Positions 35,705 through 44,068 of a DNA stretch of 64,000 nucleotides are shown here, piece by piece (the stretch's first letter is position 1; each line of letters begins with the position of its first letter). Source of the stretch: Pseudomonadota bacterium (lineage in GTDB: Bacteria; Desulfobacterota; Syntrophia; Syntrophales; UBA8958); contig JASGUC010000003.1 in NCBI GenBank assembly GCA_030057915.1, forward strand, positions 38,086 through 102,085, read 5' to 3'. Both the position numbers and the translations under genes were made by a program. The notes under the pieces were generated by a model. That model was not told where the DNA came from. It saw only the letters and a list, made by a program, of their open reading frames with translations, and ran no database searches.

Positions 35705-35831
35705 GAGTCCATTGCCAAACTCATCAAGTCCGCCGCTCCCATGTAGGATGGACCCAAGAACAGATGTTTTTGACGGCTTCCGTATCGAGCGTGGACTGAC
35801 AAAAGGCAATTTCCGACAGTTTTGCAAGTGG
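35705..35831 (+). repeat. 127-nt element family R3, copy A
   Basis: Colinear with 60129-60255, roughly 70% identity by eye. Both copies are 127 nt long. Confidence 0.7.
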
Positions 35832-36045
35832 CGCGGGCCCCTGTTTTTCTCCCGGCGCCGACCGGGTGTCGGGAAAGGCTGTCCGCCCTGGATTCCCGCT
35901 CCCGCGGCAATGGCGAAAGGCGCGCCGGGGAGACGATATGGGGGGGAAGGTCCCCGGGGGTTCGTAGGCGGGGAGGGGAGGCGAGGATGGACAAGGAGCG
36001 AGCTTTGAAAAAGACCGGTTTTCCGAAGGCATCGAGGAGGGTGAA

Positions 36046-36435
36046 ATGGCGGTGAAGTCTTTATCGATCAAGATGTTGGCGGCGTTCGCGGCGACGCTTG
36101 TCGTGGCGGCGCTCGTCTCGGTTCCCGTCTGGGCGGCGCCGCAAGGGGCGGCGGCGGGCGTCCCGGCCCCGGCCGTGGCGGCGCCGAAGCGCGGCGGCGC
36201 GCCGAACGTCGGAAAGGTGGAGCTTTTGGATCTGAACACGGCGACGAAGGAACAGCTCATGGCCCTCCCCGGCATCGACGAGGCGACGGCCCGGGAGATC
36301 GTCAGGGGTCGCCCCTTCGCGAAGAAGGATCAGTTGAAATCCATGAAGATCCTTACCGATCAGGGCTATGACCGGATCAAGGACCGGGTCATCGCCAAAC
36401 AGCCGCCCCGGAAGAAAACGCCAAAAATGAAGTGA
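36046..36435 (+). CDS. secreted helix-hairpin-helix (ComEA-like) DNA-binding protein
   Basis: 129 aa. Signal peptide ..VSVPVWA/AP. HhH motif LDLNTATKEQLMALPGIDEATAREIV. Confidence 0.7.
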   Translation: MAVKSLSIKMLAAFAATLVVAALVSVPVWAAPQGAAAGVPAPAVAAPKRGGAPNVGKVELLDLNTATKEQLMALPGIDEATAREIVRGRPFAKKDQLKSMKILTDQGYDRIKDRVIAKQPPRKKTPKMK

Positions 36436-36513
36436 CAGCCGGCGGTTTTTATGCAATGTTCGTCCCGGCTTGAATAATCTCGTCATGCGTGGTACCCGCT
36501 TGGGGTATGGCGC

Positions 36514-37683
36514 TTGGAGCGCAATATGCGAGACAGCGCCGCTTTGCAACAACGCCGTCCTCTCCGGGTGGCTATCATCGGCGCCCGGGGAATCCCTGCC
36601 AATTACGGGGGGTTCGACACCCTGGTGGAGGAACTGTCCCTGGGCCTGGTCCGCGATCACGGCGAGGAGGTGACGGTCTATTGCCGGAGTGAATACTACG
36701 AGACCCAACCCCCCTTCGTTTCCGGAGTCCGGTGCGTTTACATCCCTTCCACGCGGATCAAGGGCTTCGAGAGTCTCTTCCATACCTGCTGCTGTTCCGT
36801 CCATGCCTGCTTTCGGCCCTTCGACGTCTATTTCATCGTCGATCCCGGCAACGCCCCCGTGGCGTTCCTCCTGAGGCTTCTGGGCAGAAGGACGGCCATC
36901 CATACCGATGGCTTGGGCTGGCGGCGCACCAAGTGGGGAAACCTGGCCCGGCGCTATTACCGGTGGGTGGAATGGCTGTCCGCCCGGGGGGTGAGGAATA
37001 TCGTAACGGACAACCCGGCGATGCAGGAATACTACCGACGGGAATACGGCGCCGATTCGATCTGCATCGCCTATGGATCGGAGGACCGGCGCGGCGTGGA
37101 ACCGGCGGTTTACGGCGAGCTGGCGGTGGCGCCCCAGGGGTATCTGCTTGTCGTCGCCCGGCTGGAACGGGAGAACAACACCGATGTCATCATTCGGGAG
37201 TATGTCGCCTCGGGGTTGGAGATGCCCCTGGTCGTCGTCGGCGACGCCCCCTACGATGATGAATATCCGAAAGAACTCCACGGGATGGCAAATGAAAAGG
37301 TAATCTTTGCCGGCAGGATCAACGATCAGGGAAGGTTGAACGCCCTGTATCGGGGGGCCTATCTCTATCTCCATGGTCATGAGGTGGGGGGGACGAACCC
37401 GTCCCTCCTCCGGGCGATGGGTCTGGGAACGGTTCCCGTAGCGGCGGATGTGGATTTCAACCGGCGCGTGATAGACGCCCAGGGGTTCTTCTTCCGGAAG
37501 GACCCGGGCGATCTGGCCCGGCTGCTGGCCCGCCTCGTCGCGGCATCCGGCGAGATTGCCGCAATCCGGGCCGCCGTGGGGGACTGGACCCGAAAGCATT
37601 ACTCCTGGGCCGATGTCGTCGCCCGTTACGCCGGATACTTTCAGGAACTGGCGGCAGGGCGGGCGCCTTTTGTCGCTCCATGA
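36514..37683 (+). CDS. glycosyltransferase family 4 (DUF1972 N-terminus)
   Basis: ..VAIIGARGIPANYGGFDT.VE.L.. N-terminus and a C-terminal GT1/GT4 E-x7-E-like region (..HGHEVGGTNPSLLRAMG..). Confidence 0.85.
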   Translation: MERNMRDSAALQQRRPLRVAIIGARGIPANYGGFDTLVEELSLGLVRDHGEEVTVYCRSEYYETQPPFVSGVRCVYIPSTRIKGFESLFHTCCCSVHACFRPFDVYFIVDPGNAPVAFLLRLLGRRTAIHTDGLGWRRTKWGNLARRYYRWVEWLSARGVRNIVTDNPAMQEYYRREYGADSICIAYGSEDRRGVEPAVYGELAVAPQGYLLVVARLERENNTDVIIREYVASGLEMPLVVVGDAPYDDEYPKELHGMANEKVIFAGRINDQGRLNALYRGAYLYLHGHEVGGTNPSLLRAMGLGTVPVAADVDFNRRVIDAQGFFFRKDPGDLARLLARLVAASGEIAAIRAAVGDWTRKHYSWADVVARYAGYFQELAAGRAPFVAP

Positions 37684-37717
37684 ATCGTCATGATTGTCCA
37701 ATCTCCGCAAACCATGA

Positions 37718-38115
37718 AGATGGTCCAAGGGAGGCCGTGGCGCGGCATTTTCGCCGCCCGGAAGGAATCGTGGATATTACGGAAAGACGGGCATCGTTTC
37801 CCTTTTTGCCCTTATGAAGCGTTCCCGCCTCATCGTTGCCAACGACGGCCCCATCGCCTATCTGTCTTCGGCGTTGGCGGTTCCGATCGTGGCCCTCTTC
37901 GGACCCATCCGGATGGATCGCTTCCAGCCCCGGGGGGAGCGGATCGTCTCCCTCCAGAAGCCTTTCCCACGCAGTCCTTGTCTCTTGGAAGACGATCGCC
38001 GTCTGATCCGGGAGGGTTACCCGGGCGCCCCGGGGCCTGCATGGAGGCCTTAACCGTAGGAGAAGTGGAAGGGGCCATTGAAGGATTGTGGGGCCGGAGG
38101 CCGATGACTCCGTAG
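37718..38115 (+). pseudogene. remnant of a family 9 glycosyltransferase (heptosyltransferase-like): C-terminal third only, frameshifted
   Basis: Frame 2 reads ..LIVANDGPIAYLSSALAVPIVALFGP.. (GT9 ..NDSGPMHLAAA.G.P.VALFGP.. motif). Frame 1 continues with ..ACMEALTVGEVEGAIEGL.. (GT9 C-terminal CM..I....V). No N-terminal domain is present. Confidence 0.6.
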
Positions 38116-38233
38116 CCGGTCGAGATGGGTCGATACCGCTTTTTGGTGGCATGACGAGAGGACGATCTTTCCACTTGCCATGAAAGGATAGCAAATAATG
38201 CAATAAAATCAGGAAATAAGTTTCATGCTTTGT

Positions 38234-38260
38234 GGCGCTCGACGAAGCGCCGGGTTTTTT
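38234..38260 (+). terminator. intrinsic terminator candidate
   Basis: GGCGCT-CGACGA-AGCGCC, then GGG and T6. Confidence 0.45.
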
Positions 38261-38323
38261 ACGAAGCCCCGAACATGGGAAAGCTGTCAATTGGTTGTGA
38301 AAAAGGAAACGTACATACCGGAG

Positions 38324-39301
38324 ATGCAAGCGGCGCGGGGGGTCGGCATCATCCTGGTCGCCCTGGGGCACGGCGAGCCCGTCCGGGAGGCATATCCCCA
38401 GCTTTTTTCCTGGATCTACAGCTTCCACATGCCCCTGTTTTTTCTTCTTTCCGGCTTCTTTTCCTCCCGCCTCGCCCGGGACGGTCCGGCAGTGGAAGCC
38501 GTCAAGACCTCCCTGCGGAGGGCCTTCAATCTCTTCATCCCCTATCTGTCCGTAAGCATAGGCTATTCCGCCATGAAATACTTTGCCTCCGCCCTGGCCA
38601 AAAGACCTGTGTCGCTGGCAAACCTCCCCCAGGACATCCTTCTGTATCCCGGCAACAACCCCGCTCTGTTCCTGTGGTTCATCCACGCCCTCATGATCAT
38701 GTGGCTCCTGGCCCCCCTCCTGAGCCGTATGCCGGCAGTCCTCCTGGCGCCTCTTTTGGTCCTGAGCCAGATGCACTCCCCGGATGCCCGGATCTTCGGC
38801 CTGGGAAACGTGTTTCACTTCCTCATCTATTACTATCTCGGCCTCCTGGCGGCAGCGAAAAGGGAGGAGTTCCTGGCGGTCATGGGGAGATGGACGACCT
38901 GTGGGGCCGCCCTGGGATTGTTCGCCGCGGGTTATCTCCTGACCCTGGGCCGGGGGGTTCCCGGTTTGTCCTTCCTCATCGCCGTTGCCGGGAGCATCTG
39001 GGTGGTCTCTTCCTGTTTCGCCTGCAAAAAGCGGCTTCCCATGCAGTTTTTGGAAGCCTGCGGCAAGCGCTCCCTGCAGATCTACCTGTTGCAGTATTTC
39101 TTCATTTTCCCCCTCTACCTCCTCCTGAAATCCCGGGGCGTTGACGGGGAGTGGATCGTTCCACTCACTTTCTGTGCCGGCCTGCTCCTCCCCCTGGTCC
39201 TATGCCGCTGGGTCTTTCCCCACTTTGCGACCCTTGCCTTTCTGATCGGAGGTTGTGATCTGGAGGGGCAAGAGGGCATCCGGCCCCAAAATACATTTTG
39301 A
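38324..39301 (+). CDS. acyltransferase family 3 membrane protein (polysaccharide O-acyltransferase type)
   Basis: 325 aa from MQAARGVGIILVALGH..FHMPLFFLLSGFF.. About 9 hydrophobic segments. Confidence 0.8.
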   Translation: MQAARGVGIILVALGHGEPVREAYPQLFSWIYSFHMPLFFLLSGFFSSRLARDGPAVEAVKTSLRRAFNLFIPYLSVSIGYSAMKYFASALAKRPVSLANLPQDILLYPGNNPALFLWFIHALMIMWLLAPLLSRMPAVLLAPLLVLSQMHSPDARIFGLGNVFHFLIYYYLGLLAAAKREEFLAVMGRWTTCGAALGLFAAGYLLTLGRGVPGLSFLIAVAGSIWVVSSCFACKKRLPMQFLEACGKRSLQIYLLQYFFIFPLYLLLKSRGVDGEWIVPLTFCAGLLLPLVLCRWVFPHFATLAFLIGGCDLEGQEGIRPQNTF

Positions 39302-39326
39302 CAGGTTTATTCGCCTCCTCTATAAT
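39298..39326 (+). promoter_or_regulatory. perfect consensus sigma70 promoter (TTGACA-N17-TATAAT) for the 1447-aa gene
   Basis: TTGACA at 39298-39303 contains the TGA stop of the acyltransferase. TATAAT at 39321-39326. The ~80-nt leader holds hairpin GCCGCCT..AGGCGGC. Confidence 0.6.
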
Positions 39327-39413
39327 TCCCCGCCTCGTGATCATTGCCGCCTCTTGCCGGGCAAACAGGCGGCGGGCCATTTGCCGTAACAGATCCATAT
39401 GAGGAGCGATTCC

Positions 39414-42400
39414 ATGGAGAAGCGGTCTTTTTGCCTCCTGTTTTTGCTTGTTTCCCTGCTGCTCATGCCCTTTGCCGTCCAGGCGGCGGGTTCGCCCGAC
39501 GGCATTTGGGAAGAAATCTCCGTCGTCACAGGGCGCGACGCCCAGACTACGGATCGTAACCTTTGGATAAAACCGGAGAAATTCCGACGCCTGCGGATGA
39601 ACGAAGCCTTATTGGCGGCAACGCTCAACCGGGTCCGGGGCGGCGACGGCGCGACGCGGACGGCCCGGGAAGCCCCGTCGCTTACGCTGCCCGCGCCGGA
39701 TGGACGCTTTGTCACGGTGATCTTTCAGGAAAGACCGGTGATGGCGCCGGAACTGGCCGCCCGCTATCCGGGCATCAGGACCTTCACGGGCTATGTGGCC
39801 GACGATCCCGGAACCACGGTGGCCTTCGACTGGACGCCTCTGGGTTTCCACGCCCAGGCGCTGGCCGGCGCGGGTCCCTGGTATGTCGATCCCTACATCC
39901 CGGGGGAATCTTACGCCAGCTACTACAAGCGCGACTATCGCCCCGGCAAGAAATTTACCGATTATCCCGCCCGGGCCAACCCGGAAGGCGTCACCCCCGC
40001 CGGACGAACGCCCCTGGAGACAACGCCTCCCAAAAGCGACCGCATCCGCATCTATCGCCTGGCCCTGGGCGGCACGGCGGAGTACGCCCGGTATCATTGC
40101 GGCGGCGTCTGCGCCGACAAGGTCAAGCCCCTGGCGGCCATGGCCACGACGATCAGCCGGGTCAACCAGATCTACCGCCGGGAGCTGGCGATCGAATTCA
40201 ATCTTGTCGCGGGCAACGATAAGCTGATCTTCCTCGATCCCATGACGGCGCCGTTTACCAACGGCAACAACAGCCGTCTCCTCGAACAGGCTCAGAAGGT
40301 CATCGACCGGGAAATCGGCGATGCCGGTTACGATCTGGGACACGTGGTGAGTACAAGCGACGGCGGTCTCAGCACGCTGGGCTCCGCCTGCCAGTCCGGC
40401 GTCAAGGCCATGGCGGTCACGGGGCTCAACGAACCCAAGGGCGACGCCTATGACGTAGATTTCGTCTGCCACGAGCTGGGTCACCAGTTCAACGCCGATC
40501 ACACCTACAACGGCAAGCTCGGTCTGTGCTCGGCGGATCAGTACGCCCCGCTCATGGCCTACGAACCGGGGAGCGGCGTCACGATCATGAGCTACTGCGG
40601 CCAGTGCGACGACGACAGCTTCCAGTTTTTCGGCGAGCCGACCTTCCACTCGGGAAACTTCGACCAGATCCAGGCCCATGTAGCCGGGAGGGGCAAATGC
40701 TATGTCCTTTCCGACACCGCCAATACGGCTCCGGTGGTTCAGGCCGGTCCCGACGTCACGATCCCCCGGGGCACTCCCTTTTCCCTGAACGGGTCCGCCA
40801 CCGATGCCGACGGCGACCCTCTCGTCTATTTGTGGGAGGAATTCGACCGGAGCGGCGTCCAGGCCATGATCAAGGAGGAGGATGACGGGCGGATGCCTCT
40901 GTTTCGCCTCTACCGTCCCGCGTCCGATCCGGCGCGGACCTTCCCCGCCCTGGAGACCGTCGCCGCCGGTCTGGCCGACAAGGCCGAGAAACTGCCCCAA
41001 TTTTCCCGAACCATGAATTTCCGCCTCATTGCCCGGGACGGCCGGGGCGGCGTCGCCTATGGCACGCGGCGCATCACTGTGGACGGCGGCACCGGCCCCC
41101 TGCGCGTCACCGCCCCGTCCGGCGGCGCCGTCGTGCCCCCGGGCGTCCTGAACGTCAAATGGGAGGCGGCCCAAACCGAGCTGTTGCCCGGCGGCGCCGC
41201 CGTGGACATCCTCCTCTCCATGGACGGGGGCCTCAACTTCAACCCCACGCCCCTGCTGGCCGGGGCGCCCAACAACGGCGCGGCGGCGGTGACGCTCCCC
41301 AATGTCGGAGCCAACCGGGCGCGGATCATGGTCAAGGCGGCCAACAGCATCTTCTTTGCCGTCTCCCCGGGGGATTTTACGATCTCCGGCGCCGGCGGGG
41401 CCCTTTCCGTAAGCCCCGCCAACGGTCTTCTCGCCTCGGGCAATCAGGGGGGACCCTTCGATAACGGCAGCGTGACCTATACATTGAGGAATACGGGCAA
41501 TGCCGAGATTTCCTGGTCCGCGGCCAAGTCCGCGCCCTGGCTGTCCGTGTCGCCCGCTTCCGGCGCCCTGGCTGCGGGAGAGGAGGAGAACGTTACGGTT
41601 TCCGTTGAGGCCGCCCAGGCGGCGACGCTGGCCCGGGACCAGCACCGGGACGCCATCGTCTTTACCAACGTAACGAACGGCGTCGGGACGACGAGGCGAC
41701 CGGTCCTGCTCATCGTCGGCCAGACCCTCAAGGAGGCCTTGAACATCCTCGAAGCGGACGGCTTTGCGGCCTGGGGCTTTACCGGCGGCCCCTTTGCCCC
41801 GTCCGTGAAGACCTTTACCCTCCAAAATCAAGGATTGGGTGAGGTATCCTGGAGCGCCGTCAAGACCGCCGGCTGGCTGACCCTCTCCGCCGCCTCCGGG
41901 ATAGTGGCGGCGGGGGAAACGGCGACCGTTACGGCGTCCATCGACGGGAAGGCCGCGGCCGGGATGGACCCCGGTTTATACACCGCCGACATCACCTTCT
42001 CCCGCAACCTGACGTCGGGAGCGGAAACCGTCGCCGTCCGTTCCGTCAGCCTCGTGGTCGCCGCCCCGGCCCCGGAAGCGACGCTGGCCGTCAGTCCCGC
42101 GGAGGGTCTGGCGGCTTCCGGATGCGCCGGCGGTCCCTTTGCCCCGAAGGGCAGGAACTACGTCCTCCGGAATGTGGGCCGGACAGAACTCTCCTGGAGC
42201 GCCGCGAAGACCGCCAACTGGGTTGACCTGACGCCTGCCGTCGGGACCCTCGGGACGGGAGAAAGCGTCGTCGTCGCCGTGACCGTCAACGCCGCCGCCT
42301 CCTCCCTTGCCGCCGGGGCGTACAGCGACACGATTTCCTTTGCCAACGCCACCAACGGGAGCGGCAATGCGACCCGTCCGGCGACCCTGGCCATCGCCAC

Positions 42401-43757
42401 GGGTCCCGGCGTCCTTGCCGTTACGGCGCCAAACCCCTTTGCATTTTCCGGCCCCCGGGGCGGCCCCATCGCGCCGGCAGCCGGCGTGGCCTTGACGCTC
42501 CAGAACACGGGCGGGACGACGCTGGACTGGGTGATTTATGTCCAGGAGCCCTGGCTGGAGGCGGCGCCCTTCCAGGGCGTCCTGACGCCGGGCGCCGCCG
42601 TCGCCGTGAAGATCACCGCCAACGACATCACCCGTGCCCTGGGCCCCGGCGTCTTTAAAAACTACCTCTACTTTGCCAATAAGACCAACGGCATGGGCAA
42701 TAGCGTCCTCGGCGGGCAGGCCACTATTGAGACGACGCCGGCGGCGGGACCGCTGACCGTAACCCCGGTGGCGAACTATAGCTCCGCCGGCGGCAAAGGG
42801 GGCCCCTTCGTCCCGGAAAGCTTCGATTTCACCTTGAAGAACACTGGCGCCGCCCCCCTCGACTGGGAGTGCCTCGGGGATGCGACCTGGCTGAATGTCT
42901 CGGAAACGACCAGCGGCGCCCTGGCGTCGGGCGCCGCCGCCACTTTTATAATGGCCGTGAACGACATGACCAGGCTGCTGTCCGCGAACAACTATCGGGG
43001 CGTCGTTTACTTTCTGGACAAGACCAATAAACGGATCGTGAGCCGACGCGTCGATCTGAAGGTCAAGGCGCCCGGAGACGTGACAGGCGACGGCATGGTA
43101 AACCTGTCGGACGCCATCGCCTCGATGAAGGTCCAGTATGGACTGGATTCACCGGGGTTGCGCGACGACTATGCCGCTTCCGGCGCGGACGTCAACGGGG
43201 ACGACAAGGTGGGGGCCCAGGAAGCGGTCCATGCGTTGCAGGTCGTCGCGGAGGCGCGTTCCACGCCCGCCCCCTATTTTCTCCTGAAGAGCGGGGCCTT
43301 CCGTAACGAACAGCCGATACCGGTGAAATACATGGCCCATGGTCTTTCCCCGGTCTTGTCCTGGACCAGCCCGCCGGCGGGGACCAAGAGTTTCGTCCTC
43401 ATCGTGGAGGACCCGGACGAACTCTCCGCCTTGAGGGCGACGAGGAACTATTGGATCGTCTATGACATCCCCGCCGGTGTGACGTCGCTGGCGGAAGGGG
43501 CCGGCATGGCCGACGGGAAGGGCCTTCCCGCCGGGGCCAAGCACGGGGTCACCTCCTGGGACAAGGACAACGCCTATTATCACGGCCTGGAACCGACGTC
43601 CCACACGGGGGCGCACCGTTTCATCTTTCGTCTTTTCGCCCTTTCCGTCGCCGGTCTCAGCCCGGTGGGCGGCGCTACTCAGGACAAGATCGAGGCGGCC
43701 ATGGCCGGGAAGGTCCTGGGTATCTGCGAGCTGACGGGCGTCCTGTCCCGTCCCTGA
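39414..43757 (+). CDS. secreted multidomain protein: reprolysin-like zinc metalloprotease, 5 Ig-like (BACON-like) repeats, dockerin-like module, C-terminal PEBP (YbhB/YbcL) domain
   Basis: Signal peptide MEKRSFCLLFLLVSLLLMPFAVQA. HELGHQFNADH zinc motif. Five ~111-aa repeats (about 41395-43070) each with ..GGPF....(Y/F).L.N.G...(L/I)(S/D)W... Two Ca-loop motifs DVTGDGMVNLSD and DVNGDDKVGAQE. PEBP motifs SP.LSW..PPAGTKSFVLIVEDPD and HRFIFRLFAL. Confidence 0.85.
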   Translation: MEKRSFCLLFLLVSLLLMPFAVQAAGSPDGIWEEISVVTGRDAQTTDRNLWIKPEKFRRLRMNEALLAATLNRVRGGDGATRTAREAPSLTLPAPDGRFVTVIFQERPVMAPELAARYPGIRTFTGYVADDPGTTVAFDWTPLGFHAQALAGAGPWYVDPYIPGESYASYYKRDYRPGKKFTDYPARANPEGVTPAGRTPLETTPPKSDRIRIYRLALGGTAEYARYHCGGVCADKVKPLAAMATTISRVNQIYRRELAIEFNLVAGNDKLIFLDPMTAPFTNGNNSRLLEQAQKVIDREIGDAGYDLGHVVSTSDGGLSTLGSACQSGVKAMAVTGLNEPKGDAYDVDFVCHELGHQFNADHTYNGKLGLCSADQYAPLMAYEPGSGVTIMSYCGQCDDDSFQFFGEPTFHSGNFDQIQAHVAGRGKCYVLSDTANTAPVVQAGPDVTIPRGTPFSLNGSATDADGDPLVYLWEEFDRSGVQAMIKEEDDGRMPLFRLYRPASDPARTFPALETVAAGLADKAEKLPQFSRTMNFRLIARDGRGGVAYGTRRITVDGGTGPLRVTAPSGGAVVPPGVLNVKWEAAQTELLPGGAAVDILLSMDGGLNFNPTPLLAGAPNNGAAAVTLPNVGANRARIMVKAANSIFFAVSPGDFTISGAGGALSVSPANGLLASGNQGGPFDNGSVTYTLRNTGNAEISWSAAKSAPWLSVSPASGALAAGEEENVTVSVEAAQAATLARDQHRDAIVFTNVTNGVGTTRRPVLLIVGQTLKEALNILEADGFAAWGFTGGPFAPSVKTFTLQNQGLGEVSWSAVKTAGWLTLSAASGIVAAGETATVTASIDGKAAAGMDPGLYTADITFSRNLTSGAETVAVRSVSLVVAAPAPEATLAVSPAEGLAASGCAGGPFAPKGRNYVLRNVGRTELSWSAAKTANWVDLTPAVGTLGTGESVVVAVTVNAAASSLAAGAYSDTISFANATNGSGNATRPATLAIATGPGVLAVTAPNPFAFSGPRGGPIAPAAGVALTLQNTGGTTLDWVIYVQEPWLEAAPFQGVLTPGAAVAVKITANDITRALGPGVFKNYLYFANKTNGMGNSVLGGQATIETTPAAGPLTVTPVANYSSAGGKGGPFVPESFDFTLKNTGAAPLDWECLGDATWLNVSETTSGALASGAAATFIMAVNDMTRLLSANNYRGVVYFLDKTNKRIVSRRVDLKVKAPGDVTGDGMVNLSDAIASMKVQYGLDSPGLRDDYAASGADVNGDDKVGAQEAVHALQVVAEARSTPAPYFLLKSGAFRNEQPIPVKYMAHGLSPVLSWTSPPAGTKSFVLIVEDPDELSALRATRNYWIVYDIPAGVTSLAEGAGMADGKGLPAGAKHGVTSWDKDNAYYHGLEPTSHTGAHRFIFRLFALSVAGLSPVGGATQDKIEAAMAGKVLGICELTGVLSRP

Positions 43758-43800
43758 GTTACGGGGCGGGGGCTTTTATCATCACCCCGGGACGGGGATG

Positions 43801-43930
43801 GGGCCTTTGAAAAAGGCCGTTGCCGACCCCCCGCCGTCATTTCGGCGTAAGACAAATGCCGTGCTTCCAAGATGTTATGGAAGCCGGTTTTGGTCCGGGT
43901 CTCGGGAAAGTGTAGATTTTCAAAGCTCTC
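43801..43930 (-). repeat. TIR-bounded ~130-bp element (inverted homologue of 31121-31248)
   Basis: GGGCCTTTGAAAAA at the left end and ATTTTCAAAGCTCTC at the right end. A further lone end TTTTCAAAGGTTTC lies at 43983-43996. Confidence 0.75.
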
Positions 43931-44068
43931 AATACGGGACTCCCTCTTCCGCAAGAATGCCAATATGCGGTCTGGAACGGAGTTTTCAAAGGTTTCCGAT
44001 TGCTTTCCGTCTATGCCAAGGGGCGCCAATATGCCCCTCGAAGCGGCACGGCCCGGCCCCCGCCCCCG

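Noticed and set aside
33722-35827. 701-aa ORF antisense to mnmG. Similar long antisense or offset ORFs include 39609-41831, 36061-37728, 47640-49229, 14347-15828, 62547-63764, 4425-5615 and 23126-24085.
   Set aside because: Their translations are Arg/Gly/Pro/His-rich low-complexity strings with no motifs. They mirror well-supported genes on the other strand or frame. Long stop-free antisense frames are expected in GC-rich DNA.
35820-35845. Possible sigma54 -24/-12 promoter at the 3' ends of the R3 copies (TGGCGC..CCTG here, and TGGCTC-N5-TTCG at 60253-60270).
   Set aside because: The -12 TTGC element is absent in both copies and the spacing is poor.
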